Assembly (NCBI GenBank): GCA_041170365.1
Contig: JBEAYY010000061.1
Span: forward strand, 1 to 62,736
Length of the DNA stretch: 62,736 bases
Direction of reading: 5' to 3'
Source of the DNA: Actinomycetota bacterium
Lineage (GTDB): Bacteria > Actinomycetota > Actinomycetes > S36-B12 > UBA5976
In this document: piece after piece, positions 29,053 through 39,767 of the stretch
Position numbering within the stretch: position 1 is the stretch's first letter
Layout of the letters: each line of letters begins with the position of its first letter
Made by a program: the position numbers and the translations under genes
Notes under the pieces: model-generated
The model's input: the letters and a program-made list of their open reading frames with translations, nothing else
Database searches by the model: none
Told to the model about the DNA's origin: nothing

Positions 29053-29811
29053 TTGTCTAGCCAAACTCCAGTAATCGAATTAAGAGAAGTTAAAAAAAGT
29101 TTTGGTCCAGTTGAAGTTTTAAAAGGTGTAAATTTTTCAATTCGTGCAGGTGAAGTAACAGCACTTGTTGGTGATAACGGTGCAGGAAAATCAACTTTAA
29201 TTAAAGGCTTAGCGGGCATTCAGCCATATGACTCAGGCACAATTTTATTTGAAGGTAAAGAAGTAGAACTTACAAGCCCAAGACAATCATCAGATCTTGG
29301 CATTGACGTGGTTTATCAAGATTTAGCACTATGCGACAACTTAGACATAGTGCACAACATGTTTTTAGGAAGAGAACAAGCAAACAACGGTGTTCTTGAT
29401 GAAGGACACATGGAATCAAAAGCTGCAAGCACTCTTACTTCATTATCAGTTAGAACAGTTAAATCTGTAAGACAAAAAGTTGCCAGACTCTCTGGTGGAC
29501 AAAGACAAACTGTGGCTATTGCAAGAGCTGTTTTATGGAATAACAAAGTAGTAATTTTGGATGAGCCAACTGCTGCCTTAGGTGTTGCGCAAACAGAACA
29601 AGTTTTGCAATTAGTTAGAAGACTTGCAGATGCAGGAAAAGCCGTAATTATTATCTCGCATAACCTACAAGATGTTTTTACTGTGGCAGATCGTATCTAT
29701 GTTCTTTACTTAGGAAAAATGACTGCAGCTGTTAAGAAATCTGAAACTTCACAATCCGATGTTGTGGCATATATAACTGGAACAAAAACACAAGAAAATG
29801 TAGAGGCCTAA
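29053..29811 (+). CDS. Sugar ABC transporter ATP-binding protein (single nucleotide-binding domain)
   Basis: 252 aa; TTG start with SD AAGGAG; Walker A GDNGAGKST, signature LSGGQRQ, Walker B VILDEPTAAL. Confidence 0.88.
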   Translation: MSSQTPVIELREVKKSFGPVEVLKGVNFSIRAGEVTALVGDNGAGKSTLIKGLAGIQPYDSGTILFEGKEVELTSPRQSSDLGIDVVYQDLALCDNLDIVHNMFLGREQANNGVLDEGHMESKAASTLTSLSVRTVKSVRQKVARLSGGQRQTVAIARAVLWNNKVVILDEPTAALGVAQTEQVLQLVRRLADAGKAVIIISHNLQDVFTVADRIYVLYLGKMTAAVKKSETSQSDVVAYITGTKTQENVEA

Positions 29812-29812
29812 C

Positions 29813-31048
29813 ATGTCAAATCAAAATGCAGTTCAGACAGGTAATGAAGGATCTTTACTTGATGCTTTTAAAGATTATGTTGTAAGAGTAAGAGGTGGAG
29901 AAACTGGATCGCTACCTGCACTTTTAGGTCTGGTAATTCTTGCAACCATTTTTGCTTTTGCTAATCCTATATTTTTAAAACCAATTAATTTTGCAAATCT
30001 TTTAACTCAAACTGCAACAGTTACTACTCTTGCAATGGGATTAACTTTTGTTTTATTACTTGGGGAAATTGATTTATCGGCTGGTGTTACTGCCGGATTA
30101 TCAGCAGGCTTCTTAGCTGTTTCAATGTTTAATTACGGAGTTTCATGGCCAATTGCAGTTATTATCGCAATTCTTTTTGGAATGCTAGTTGGATTTTTAG
30201 TTGGACTCTTAGTTGCAAAAGTTGGAATACCCTCGTTCGTGGTAACGCTGGCGGCATTTTTAGCTTTTCAAGGATTACAACTAGTTGTTATTGGTCGTGG
30301 TGGATTAATTGGTATTGATGCTCCAGTAATTCTTGCAATCATGAATAAACCTATGCCATTGATTTTTGGCTGGATTTTATTGGTCATTGTTTTTGTTCTT
30401 TACCTATTAACGTCTTTAATTTCAAGAAGACAAAGAAGTGCTTCTGGTCAAGCAAGCAAACCAATAAGTATTTTGATTGCAAAGTCTTTAACTCTATTAA
30501 TAGTTGGAGCAGCTGTCGTAACTTTCTTAAATCAAGAACGTGGCGCTAATCCTGCAGTTACATCGCTAAAAGGTGTTCCTTGGGTTGTGCCAATTGTTTT
30601 AATTCTTCTTGCAGCAGGAACTTTTGTTTTGAATAGAACAAAATTTGGCAGACACGTTTATGCAGTTGGTGGAAATGCAGAAGCAGCAAGACGTGCTGGT
30701 ATTCGTGTTGATCGAGTAAGAATTACTGTTTTTATGATTTCTTCCACTTTTGCAGGAATCGCAGGAATTTTGTTGGCTTCAAGACAAGCATCAGTTGATG
30801 CTGCAGCTGGTCGCTCCATTGTGTTAAATGCAATTGCTGCAGCAGTTGTGGGTGGAGTTAGCTTGTTTGGTGGTCGAGGAAGACTTAGTGATGCAGTAAT
30901 TGGTGGATTTGTAATCGCAATTATTGATAATGGACTTGGTCTTATTGGTCTTGCTTCAGGATTAAATTTGGCAGTAACAGGTGCAGTTTTACTACTTGCA
31001 GCAACTGCTGATGCTATATCTAGAAGAAAATCTAGAGCTGGAAGTTAA
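29813..31048 (+). CDS. Sugar ABC transporter permease (XylH / CUT2 family)
   Basis: 411 aa, about 10-12 TM helices; conserved G.H.YA.GGN..AAR..GI motif (GRHVYAVGGNAEAARRAGI). Confidence 0.88.
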   Translation: MSNQNAVQTGNEGSLLDAFKDYVVRVRGGETGSLPALLGLVILATIFAFANPIFLKPINFANLLTQTATVTTLAMGLTFVLLLGEIDLSAGVTAGLSAGFLAVSMFNYGVSWPIAVIIAILFGMLVGFLVGLLVAKVGIPSFVVTLAAFLAFQGLQLVVIGRGGLIGIDAPVILAIMNKPMPLIFGWILLVIVFVLYLLTSLISRRQRSASGQASKPISILIAKSLTLLIVGAAVVTFLNQERGANPAVTSLKGVPWVVPIVLILLAAGTFVLNRTKFGRHVYAVGGNAEAARRAGIRVDRVRITVFMISSTFAGIAGILLASRQASVDAAAGRSIVLNAIAAAVVGGVSLFGGRGRLSDAVIGGFVIAIIDNGLGLIGLASGLNLAVTGAVLLLAATADAISRRKSRAGS

Positions 31049-31071
31049 AAAGTTTTAATTAAGACTTTTTA

Positions 31072-31872
31072 ATGACTATCTCTATTGCTCAAGGTTCAAA
31101 TAAATTAGTAATTGATCCACTACTTGGTGGTCAAGTTTTAGAATGCCATATTGGTAAATATCAAATAATTGCCCCAAAAACTGAAAATCCTTTAGTTGGA
31201 GGATGGTATTTGATGGCACCATGGGCTGGAAGATTAGAAAATAACGAAATAATTTATAAAGGTAAAAATTATCCCCAAGAGATAAATTTTCAAAATTGGG
31301 CAATACATGGCACGGTTGCATTTCAAGAAGGTAAAGTTATAAATCATCAAGAAAACTTTGTTGAAATAATTCATACATCAAATAAAAATTTTCCAGTTAA
31401 TGCAACTATTAAACAAAAATGGTTTGTTGCAAACAACTTTATTCGTTGCAGTGCTTCAATAGAGGTTGATGAAGAATTTCCAGTCCAAATCGGATGGCAT
31501 CCTTGGTTTAAAAGAGATTTAGGAAATGGAAAAAAAGCTAAATATGCAATTGAAGCAGTTTCGCAATATATAAGAACTAAAGATTTTGTGACATTGAATC
31601 AAACAAAAGAAATTGGACTTCCTCCCTTTGATGATGCTTTTGATGTGCCAAGTGGCAAAGGATTTATTGAATGGCCTAATGCTTTAAGACTTGATTTTAA
31701 ATTTGATCATCAAACTTTTGTAATCTATGACGAACCTGAAGATAGTTTTTGCATTGAACCTCAAACTGGACCTCCAAATGCAGCCAATCATGCATTATTT
31801 GTGGCAACTCCTGAAAAACCTCTGAAAGCAGAGGTTAAATGGGATATAACCGCAATTCGTGAGGAAAAATAG
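31072..31872 (+). CDS. Aldose 1-epimerase family protein (mutarotase-like)
   Basis: 266 aa; WAIHG and GWHPWF motifs typical of aldose-epimerase-fold proteins; last gene of the sugar cluster. Confidence 0.65.
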   Translation: MTISIAQGSNKLVIDPLLGGQVLECHIGKYQIIAPKTENPLVGGWYLMAPWAGRLENNEIIYKGKNYPQEINFQNWAIHGTVAFQEGKVINHQENFVEIIHTSNKNFPVNATIKQKWFVANNFIRCSASIEVDEEFPVQIGWHPWFKRDLGNGKKAKYAIEAVSQYIRTKDFVTLNQTKEIGLPPFDDAFDVPSGKGFIEWPNALRLDFKFDHQTFVIYDEPEDSFCIEPQTGPPNAANHALFVATPEKPLKAEVKWDITAIREEK

Positions 31873-31960
31873 CAGAAATAGGACAATTAAAGTTGCTGAA
31901 ATAGAATTGCAGCAGTGCCTAAACCTTATAGAGTTTTAAAAATAAAGGAGGAAGATTTCG

Positions 31961-33865
31961 ATGGGTCTTTTGAATTCAATAAATTCACCCCATGATTTAA
32001 AGAAACTTACTTCTGCACAATTACCAGCCCTTGCTCGTGAAATTAGAGAATTTTTAATTTCTAAAGTTTCAAAAACTGGAGGACACTTAGGTCCAAATCT
32101 TGGAGTTGTGGAATTAACTATTGCATTGCATCGAGTTTTTGATTCACCTAAAGATGCCATTATTTGGGACACAGGGCATCAATCATATGTGCACAAAATG
32201 TTTACAGGAAGATTAGATAAATTTAGTGATTTGAGAAAAAAAGATGGAATTTCGGGTTATCCATCAAGATCTGAATCCGAACATGATTTTGTAGAAAATT
32301 CTCATGCTTCAACTGCCTTGTCATGGGCAGATGGTTTAGCACGAGCTTTTGAACAATCTGGTGAATTAAAAGATCGACACGTTGTGGCAGTAGTAGGAGA
32401 TGGATCTCTTACAGGAGGAATGAGTTGGGAAGCTTTAAATAATATTGCTTCACAAAAACACAGACCTTTAGTAATCGTGGTAAACGATAACGGAAGATCT
32501 TATTCTCCAACAATCGGTGGATTATCTGAACACTTAGCTGCATTACGAACAAATGAAACCTATGAAAGGGTTTTAGATTGGGGCAAAGAAACATTACTTC
32601 GATCTCCAATTGGTCGACCGGTATTTGAAGCATTGCATGGTATGAAAAAAGGAATTAAAGATGTTTTTGCACCACAAGGTTTATTTGAAGATTTAGGTTT
32701 GAAATACATAGGGCCAGTTAATGGTCATGATGAAGATTTAATAGAAAATGCTTTGCAATACGCCAAAAGATTTCACGGCCCAGTTATGGTGCACGTTATT
32801 ACCGAAAAAGGTAAAGGTTATGCACCTGCTTTAGAAGATGAAGCGGAAAAATTTCATGCAACAGGAATTATTGATCCTGCAACCGGAAAACCAGTAAGTG
32901 CAAGTGTTACAACTTGGACAAGTGTTTTTAGTGACGAATTAGTGGCAATTGGAAAAGAAAGAAAAGATGTTGTTGCAATCACAGCAGCAATGCTTGGTCC
33001 AACTGGTTTAGATAAATTTGCTAAAGAATTTCCAGATCGAATTTATGATGTGGGAATTGCCGAACAACATGCCACAACTTCTGCAGCTGGAATGGCACTT
33101 GGGGGACTTCATCCTGTTGTTGCTATATATGCCACGTTTTTAAATCGCGCATTTGATCAATTATTACTTGATGTTGCTTTACATAAAGCTGGAGTGACTT
33201 TTATTTTAGATCGAGCAGGAATCACTGGTGATGATGGAGCAAGCCATAACGGCATGTGGGATTTATCAATTTTGCAAGTTGTGCCTAATTTAATGTTGGC
33301 AGCACCAAGAGATGCTCAAACTTTACGAGAACTTTTAAGAGAATCAGTTGTAGTTAAAGATCGACCAACTGTTATTAGATTTCCTAAAGGAGCAATAGTT
33401 TCTCCTGTGAATGTTAAAGAAAGAATCGAAGGAATAGATGTTTTAAATAAAAAAGGTGAAGAAGATGTCTTGGTGGTTGCAATTGGGGCGATGGCCCATT
33501 TAGCAAATGAAGTTGCTCAAAGATTAATTGATCAAGGCTTAGGTGTAACAGTGATTGATCCAAGATGGATTAAACCTTTACCAAGTTATCTTGCAAATTT
33601 AGGAGCAAGACATCGTTTAGTTGCAGTAATTGAAGACAATTCAAGATCAGGTGGAACAGGTTCTAGTATTTCTCAATTCTTAAGGGATAGAAATATTTAC
33701 ACGCCACAAAGAGATTTTGGAATTCCTGAAAAATTCTTAGATCATGCATCTAGAGCACAAGTTTTAAATGAAATAGGCTTAACAGCTCAAGATATTTCGA
33801 GAGATATTATTGAAGTAATGGCAAGATTTGATAATGCAATTTCTGAAAAAGTTAAAAAGAATTAA
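31961..33865 (+). CDS. dxs: 1-deoxy-D-xylulose-5-phosphate synthase
   Basis: 634 aa; [30 protein letters not shown] (TPP motif) and DVGIAEQHA. Confidence 0.95.
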   Translation: MGLLNSINSPHDLKKLTSAQLPALAREIREFLISKVSKTGGHLGPNLGVVELTIALHRVFDSPKDAIIWDTGHQSYVHKMFTGRLDKFSDLRKKDGISGYPSRSESEHDFVENSHASTALSWADGLARAFEQSGELKDRHVVAVVGDGSLTGGMSWEALNNIASQKHRPLVIVVNDNGRSYSPTIGGLSEHLAALRTNETYERVLDWGKETLLRSPIGRPVFEALHGMKKGIKDVFAPQGLFEDLGLKYIGPVNGHDEDLIENALQYAKRFHGPVMVHVITEKGKGYAPALEDEAEKFHATGIIDPATGKPVSASVTTWTSVFSDELVAIGKERKDVVAITAAMLGPTGLDKFAKEFPDRIYDVGIAEQHATTSAAGMALGGLHPVVAIYATFLNRAFDQLLLDVALHKAGVTFILDRAGITGDDGASHNGMWDLSILQVVPNLMLAAPRDAQTLRELLRESVVVKDRPTVIRFPKGAIVSPVNVKERIEGIDVLNKKGEEDVLVVAIGAMAHLANEVAQRLIDQGLGVTVIDPRWIKPLPSYLANLGARHRLVAVIEDNSRSGGTGSSISQFLRDRNIYTPQRDFGIPEKFLDHASRAQVLNEIGLTAQDISRDIIEVMARFDNAISEKVKKN

Positions 33866-34695
33866 CTTACTTTAACAGTCTGTTGTTCAACTGTTTTTGT
33901 TTTACTTGGTTTTAAGAAGAAATATCCAACAACCAAAATGTAGGCAATATAGGCATAAACTTCCAACCAAGACATAGAGGTTCTAAGACTTAATAAACCT
34001 CTAAACATTGTTGCTACAAATCCATTTGGATCTAAGATTCCTGAAATGTCGTAAGCAATAGAATTTAATCCAGGAAGCCAACCTAACTCTTGGAATTCGT
34101 GAATTCCATATGTTAAAACTCCTGCAGCAACTATCATTAAAAGAATGCCTGTTGTTTTGAAAAAGAAAGAAAGATTTAATTTAATAGCACCTAAGTAAAT
34201 TAAATATCCGAGGAAAATAGACATTGCGATACCTGTGAAACCACCAACAAGTGTTGGAAGGCTTCCAGAGTTTTGGGCAGTAGCCCATAAAAATATTGCT
34301 GTTTCGACACCTTCGCGAGCAACTGCTGCAAAAGACAAAACCGTTAATCCAAAGGTACCGCCTGAGATTAAAGCATTGTCAATTTGATTTCTTAAATCTT
34401 TTGCTAAACCTTTAGAAGCTGTTCGCATCCAAAAAATCATGCCGGTAACAAATCCAACTGCAACAAAACTCATGGTTCCTGCGAAGAATTTTTCAGCAAA
34501 TTCACTCAGTGATTCAGAGGTAAGCCCTACTGCTACTCCGACAACTAAAGAGAAGATGGTTGCAGAAATAACGCCAACCCAGATACTTTTAATTCGGCTT
34601 CGTAAATCTATTTTGACTAAATAGGCAATCAAAATACCCACAATAAGAGAGGCCTCTAAGCCCTCACGAAGACCAATCAGTAAACCAGCGAGCAC
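33862..34695 (-). CDS. FTR1/EfeU-family high-affinity iron permease
   Basis: 277 aa, 7 TM helices; two RExxE motifs (LREGLEA near the N-terminus, AREGVET mid-protein). Confidence 0.8.
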   Translation of the reverse strand: MLAGLLIGLREGLEASLIVGILIAYLVKIDLRSRIKSIWVGVISATIFSLVVGVAVGLTSESLSEFAEKFFAGTMSFVAVGFVTGMIFWMRTASKGLAKDLRNQIDNALISGGTFGLTVLSFAAVAREGVETAIFLWATAQNSGSLPTLVGGFTGIAMSIFLGYLIYLGAIKLNLSFFFKTTGILLMIVAAGVLTYGIHEFQELGWLPGLNSIAYDISGILDPNGFVATMFRGLLSLRTSMSWLEVYAYIAYILVVGYFFLKPSKTKTVEQQTVKVS

Positions 34696-34728
34696 GAAAT
34701 TCCTTAATTTTTTAGCTTACTTTCAAAC

Positions 34729-35985
34729 CTAGGCCATGTTTGGGAATTCGTCAACCCCAGGGTTGTCTAATACTTTTTGACTCAAAACCCCCATGATCTG
34801 AGCCTGCCAAGGCCTTGCCCCTTGATCCAAAAACCACTGGGAGGTTATCTCCACCTCAGTCGTGGGCATGAGCCAGCACCATTTACGCACCAAATCAGGG
34901 GAACACAAATTTTCAATCGGAATATTTAATTCTTGGGAGTGAAGTGAAATTAAACTTTTTAAAGTTTTTAGACGATTAAATGCTTCCGGATTTTTTTGCT
35001 CCCAAGACTTAGGCAAGGGAATAGTTTCTGAATTTGAAACTTTAACTGGCCACTCTTTTGGATCAAGATTGAGTGATTCTTGTAGAGCTTCAAACCAAAT
35101 TCGAGAATATTGTTGACTTGATCGATATTTAATAGTTTTTAATTCACTTAATTCTATTTCACTTTTTGGTTTTGTTAACGCTATTTCGATAATGCTTGCA
35201 TCATTTAGTACGCGACCAGGTGCAATGTCTTGTTGTTGTGCAATTTCATCTCGTTTAAGCCACAAATTTTTAACTATAGAACTATCTAAGCCGTTTTTTA
35301 TATCATGCATACCTGAGGTTCTACGCCAAGGTTCCTTCCTTGATTCATTAGGTTGCCAATGACATAAATAGGCAAATTCTTCTTGGGCGATTGATAATTT
35401 ATTAAATGATTCTAATTTTCTTTGCAACGAATACATTAATTTATGTAAGAACTCAACGTCTAATGCAGCGTAATTAAGCCAATCACTTTCTAATGGCCTA
35501 ATTGACCAATTAACTGCAGAATGCTCTTTGTCTAAAGTAATAGCAAGTTCATCTTCTAATAATCCTGCTAATCCAACTTTGGGAAGCGATAATAATCTTG
35601 CAGCCAATTCAGTATCAAATATTTCTTTTGGTTTAAGTCCTAGTTCTAATAAACAAGGTAAATCTTGTGTTGCAGCATGCAATATCCAAGGCTTACTTGA
35701 AAATAAATTTTGTAAATTTTTTAAATCTTTTATATTAATGGGATCAATCAAAAAAATATCTGATTTTTCTGTTGCTACCTGAATTAGATAAGCCCTATTG
35801 AAATATTTAAATCCAGATGCTCTTTCGGTATCAATTGCAAGATAATCATCAATCTGAATTAAATCTTTACACATTTTTTCTAATTGATCATCTGATTCAA
35901 CTAAATGAAATTTTCTGATTGGTTTTGTAATATGAGTTAAAAAGTCATTTTCCTCAAGTGTTATTTCCTCTAAGGATTTAGACAT
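34729..35985 (-). CDS. rnd: Ribonuclease D-like 3'-5' exonuclease with HRDC domain
   Basis: 418 aa; DEDDy exonuclease motifs (LAIDTERAS, HAATQDL, YAALDVEFL) followed by an HRDC-like segment. Confidence 0.8.
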   Translation of the reverse strand: MSKSLEEITLEENDFLTHITKPIRKFHLVESDDQLEKMCKDLIQIDDYLAIDTERASGFKYFNRAYLIQVATEKSDIFLIDPINIKDLKNLQNLFSSKPWILHAATQDLPCLLELGLKPKEIFDTELAARLLSLPKVGLAGLLEDELAITLDKEHSAVNWSIRPLESDWLNYAALDVEFLHKLMYSLQRKLESFNKLSIAQEEFAYLCHWQPNESRKEPWRRTSGMHDIKNGLDSSIVKNLWLKRDEIAQQQDIAPGRVLNDASIIEIALTKPKSEIELSELKTIKYRSSQQYSRIWFEALQESLNLDPKEWPVKVSNSETIPLPKSWEQKNPEAFNRLKTLKSLISLHSQELNIPIENLCSPDLVRKWCWLMPTTEVEITSQWFLDQGARPWQAQIMGVLSQKVLDNPGVDEFPNMA

Positions 35986-36009
35986 ATTAAATAATTCTAA
36001 TGAATTTAG

Positions 36010-36561
36010 TTAATGAGTTTTCTTAATTCTTGCCATTCCTGGTGGCAAAGGTTGTAAACCTGCAGCTTGACACAGTAAATCTGCCCAGGAGGCAACATGT
36101 AAACCTAAATTATTTGTGACTGTCCAAGAAGCTCTGATTTCAATAGTTCCTGGAAGTGGGTGATTATCTAAATCTCCAAAAGACTCGGATGAAGTTCTAG
36201 TGACTGTGCCAGAAAGCGCTACTGCTTCAACATCTCTATCCCGTAAACAATCAAGAAGCCAAGTCCATCCAACTTGGGTAAGCATTGGATCTTGGGCAAG
36301 ATCGGGTTCAATTCTTGCTTTAGTAAAAGTGACTAAGCGAATATTTCCTTGCCAGGTTTCAACAAATTCTGGATCATAAAGTAAAACTAATCGACCATTA
36401 CTTAAATCATCTTCACCTTCAAGAACTTCAGCTGCAATTGCCAGCGAATAAGGTGCAAGTCTTAACGGCGCTGGCACTTCCTCCGTTGTAACTTCAGGTC
36501 TTAAAGGTGAACGACGAACCTCTTCAACAAGTTGATTGAAGTGGGAATTTTGATCTTTCAC
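36010..36561 (-). CDS. DUF3000 family protein
   Basis: 183 aa; conserved partner downstream of rnd in Actinobacteria (Rv2680-like); call from synteny and memory. Confidence 0.55.
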   Translation of the reverse strand: MKDQNSHFNQLVEEVRRSPLRPEVTTEEVPAPLRLAPYSLAIAAEVLEGEDDLSNGRLVLLYDPEFVETWQGNIRLVTFTKARIEPDLAQDPMLTQVGWTWLLDCLRDRDVEAVALSGTVTRTSSESFGDLDNHPLPGTIEIRASWTVTNNLGLHVASWADLLCQAAGLQPLPPGMARIKKTH

Positions 36562-36621
36562 ATTGTTAACTGTAGGTGTTACAGAAGTTACAGATGTGGT
36601 GCAACGCCGAATTGATTGGTT

Positions 36622-37050
36622 CTAAATGGTTTTTAAACAAACTGCATTAATGCAGTAACGAAGATCTGTTGGGGTTGAAAATCCTTCTCCTTCAAAAACA
36701 TGACCTAAGTGTGATCCACAACTGGCACATCTAACTTCAGTTCTTTTCATCCCCAATGAAAAATCATCGATTTCTATGACAGCTTCTTTTGCTAAAGGTG
36801 ACCAGAAAGAAGGCCAACCACAATTTGATTCAAATTTTTCATTTGAAGTAAATAATTTGGCATCACAACCTTTGCAGTGATAAGTGATGTTATTTCCTTT
36901 TTCAATACTTCCACTCCAAGCAGGTTCAGTTCCTGCTTGTCTCAAAACGAAATATTCAAAATTTGTTAATTGATTTTTCCATTCCTCATTAGATCTAGTT
37001 ACTGGATATTTTTCACCATCTGGTTTGATGTCTGAAATATCTTCACTCAT
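36622..37050 (-). CDS. msrB: Peptide-methionine (R)-S-oxide reductase
   Basis: 142 aa; two CxxC zinc motifs (CKGCDAKLF, CASCGSHLGHVF) and catalytic RYCIN. Confidence 0.93.
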   Translation of the reverse strand: MSEDISDIKPDGEKYPVTRSNEEWKNQLTNFEYFVLRQAGTEPAWSGSIEKGNNITYHCKGCDAKLFTSNEKFESNCGWPSFWSPLAKEAVIEIDDFSLGMKRTEVRCASCGSHLGHVFEGEGFSTPTDLRYCINAVCLKTI

Positions 37051-37052
37051 AT

Positions 37053-37799
37053 TTATAACCTATGGCCCTGAACTAAATAGCGCAAGAGAAGAGTTTTTTC
37101 ATGCTGGATCACTTGATAAGGACTTAGATTAACAAAAGGTTCTAAAAGTGGGCCTTGGACAATTTTTCTCAGATTGCTTGCGTGAGAAAGTTTGACTTGC
37201 AAAGTTAGATCTAATTCATCAATCAAATTATTTCGAAACATTGAATTTAGAAGAGTTGGGCCACCTTCGCATAAAAGCCGTTTGAAAGATTTTTGAAATA
37301 AATCTTTTTTTACTTTTTTTAAATCAACTTCAGATTTTCCACAGTAATTAAACTCAGCAAAATTTTTAAAATTTTCTTCAAACTTTTGATTTGATTCATG
37401 AGTGTAAATCAAAGGTGGGGCAGAATCTTTCCAATTTGTAAAAAAATTATTATCAAGATTAAAATTATTAGTAATAATAGCAAGACGAGGAATGGATGTA
37501 AGTTTTAATTTTTTTCTTAATTCTTTGTTTTGTTCATTTACTTTTATATCTTGATACTTATTGATAATGGCAGTTTTAGATCCAACAATAATCACATCTG
37601 ATAACTGGCGTAAAACTCTAAAAACATTTTTATCAATATCGTTAGTGATCGAATCTGTAGAACCCGATGAATCTAAGACAGAGCCATCTAAAGTTTGAAC
37701 CATATTGGCTCTAAGCCAGGGCTTTTCTGGCCATGAGTACAAATCAGATAATTGCGATTTGTCTAGTATTTTTTCTGGCTGGGGGCTGATTCGTAACAT
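37053..37799 (-). CDS. RibD C-terminal domain / DHFR-like pyrimidine reductase family protein
   Basis: 248 aa; MV.TLDG...D..G.S..I....D..VF..LR...D.IIVG and CEGGP.L patterns. Confidence 0.65.
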   Translation of the reverse strand: MLRISPQPEKILDKSQLSDLYSWPEKPWLRANMVQTLDGSVLDSSGSTDSITNDIDKNVFRVLRQLSDVIIVGSKTAIINKYQDIKVNEQNKELRKKLKLTSIPRLAIITNNFNLDNNFFTNWKDSAPPLIYTHESNQKFEENFKNFAEFNYCGKSEVDLKKVKKDLFQKSFKRLLCEGGPTLLNSMFRNNLIDELDLTLQVKLSHASNLRKIVQGPLLEPFVNLSPYQVIQHEKTLLLRYLVQGHRL

Positions 37800-37888
37800 A
37801 CTTAGGCCTAAATCTACTTCACAATTTCTGCATAGAGGTAGGTGTTGCAGTTTAACCAGAGACTTGATGTCGGAGTAACATAAGAAAC

Positions 37889-38740
37889 ATGAATAAAAAT
37901 CAAAGAAGTATCATTTCGGTATTTTTAAGCACCTTATTACTCCTAAGTTTTGCTGCTACTAGCCAAGCAGCCACCAAATTAACCAAGAGCCAACAAGCAA
38001 AAGTTGAAAAAGTTTTTAAAGCACTTGCTTCAAGCAATCCAGATTCGATTAATTCTGCTAGAAAGAATGTTTCTGGTTCTGCTGATTTAGCAGTATCGAT
38101 GGTTCAGAATTTTTATTCATCAGAAAAATATTTCCGCTCAGTAGATCAAGTGGGAAGACCTCTTGGCAATGTTCCAACTAATTCAGCAGCAGGTTCAGCC
38201 AAAATTACAAATGGAAAAGTCGTTTTAACAACTGCTGTTCCAGGTTTTAGCGGTACTTATACAGATTTTAAATTTAATAAACAAGGAAAAATTACATCTT
38301 GGTCGATTAAATCTGATGGTGGATCCAAAGTTTCTATTGCTTCCAGAGTCAAAGCACTGCCAAAGGTCACCTGGCAATACGCAAACGACATAAAAGCTGT
38401 CTATTGGGGTAAAGGTGTACAAATGGATTCTGGCACTATTTACCAGGATTCATTGAACAGATGGATAGTTCAACTTTCTGTTACCAATGTGGCTGGTGGG
38501 AATAACACTAAATCTTTGATTACCACAACTGGTAAATATCAATCCCCAGACAAAAAACTCTATTCAACAACTTCTTATCCAGCTGGATGTTTTGGAAATG
38601 GACAAACAATCTATTTCACAGCGACAATTCCTGCTGGTGCGGTAATCACCTCAGGGGTCAAAGGCATTCTGGAGGTACCAATGAGTAATGGCTGTAGCGC
38701 TGATGACTCAAATCGCCTTGAAGTAAGCATCAAACCCTAA
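37889..38740 (+). CDS. Secreted hypothetical protein
   Basis: 283 aa; signal peptide (LLLLSFAATSQA/AT); Ser/Thr/Gly-rich beta-type composition; two C-terminal Cys; no family recognised. Confidence 0.6.
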   Translation: MNKNQRSIISVFLSTLLLLSFAATSQAATKLTKSQQAKVEKVFKALASSNPDSINSARKNVSGSADLAVSMVQNFYSSEKYFRSVDQVGRPLGNVPTNSAAGSAKITNGKVVLTTAVPGFSGTYTDFKFNKQGKITSWSIKSDGGSKVSIASRVKALPKVTWQYANDIKAVYWGKGVQMDSGTIYQDSLNRWIVQLSVTNVAGGNNTKSLITTTGKYQSPDKKLYSTTSYPAGCFGNGQTIYFTATIPAGAVITSGVKGILEVPMSNGCSADDSNRLEVSIKP

Positions 38741-38803
38741 GTTTTCCCAAACTGTGAGCCTAAATGCCCCATAAATCTTGGGGTCTTGGTAAGGTCTATT
38801 GGT

Positions 38804-39766
38804 ATGCGCCTTCAAAGACGCCTGGCATCCCTAGCAATTTCAGGGATCTTGGCCAGCACAATTTCAGTTTCCCCAGCCTTTGCAGACGGAGTACCTGACT
38901 ATCCAGGAACTTCCAGAGTAAGCGTGGGGGCAGATAACTCTGCCGTTAAACGAATGCAACAAGCATTAATCGATTTAGGTTATGACATTTCTGTAGCAAA
39001 CGGAAAATACGGACCACAAACAACTAGAGCTGTTGCAAAATTTTATGCAGACAATGGCGATAGCGATGATGGAACTCAAGTTGGACCAATTGGTTGGGCG
39101 GAAATATTTATCGCTTTAGATTCGCTGAAAGATGAACAAAGATCCAGTAAAGATTTCGAAGAAGCTTCTCCTGAAGAAGTCCAGGCCCAAATTGATCCTT
39201 CATTAATTCCAGAAAATCAAAGAGGCAAGCAACCTGCTCGCGGAACTTCAAGTAGATCTTTGCCATACAAATTGCCAGTAGTTGGAGAAATTTCTGCAGT
39301 TTATAACCAAAAAGGAAGACGTTGGTCTGGAAGAAGACATGACGGAATTGATATTCGAGCTCCTCGAGGAACCGTTATTAAAGCTGTTTATCCAGGAAAA
39401 GTAATTTTCTCTGGATGGAAAAAAGCTTATGGACGATTAGTGATTATGGAACATGCCGATGGCACCACAACTTGGTATGCACACATGTCAAAAAGAATTG
39501 CTAAAAAAGGTGAATATTTAGAAGTTGGAGAAAAGATTGGTTTAGTTGGCTCATCAGGACATACCACTGGTTCTCATCTTCATTTTGAAGCACACAATAA
39601 AAATGATGAGACCATAAATCCAGTTACTTGGCTTCAATTAAGAGTTTGGAAAAATGCTCCAGTTAATGACACCCCAACTGAAGTAGCGCCAACACCTGCA
39701 GCAAGTCCATCAACTACTCCAGTTGCAGTTCTAGACAATTCACTGCCACTTTCAGAGCGCAGATAA
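38804..39766 (+). CDS. Secreted M23 (LytM) metallopeptidase with an N-terminal peptidoglycan-binding domain
   Basis: PG_binding_1-like VKRMQQALIDLGYDISVANGKYGPQTTRAV; M23 motifs HDGIDIRAP and GSSGHTTGSHLHFE; signal peptide after the ATG at 38804 (alternative TTG at 38786). Confidence 0.85.
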   Translation: MRLQRRLASLAISGILASTISVSPAFADGVPDYPGTSRVSVGADNSAVKRMQQALIDLGYDISVANGKYGPQTTRAVAKFYADNGDSDDGTQVGPIGWAEIFIALDSLKDEQRSSKDFEEASPEEVQAQIDPSLIPENQRGKQPARGTSSRSLPYKLPVVGEISAVYNQKGRRWSGRRHDGIDIRAPRGTVIKAVYPGKVIFSGWKKAYGRLVIMEHADGTTTWYAHMSKRIAKKGEYLEVGEKIGLVGSSGHTTGSHLHFEAHNKNDETINPVTWLQLRVWKNAPVNDTPTEVAPTPAASPSTTPVAVLDNSLPLSERR

Positions 39767-39767
39767 C

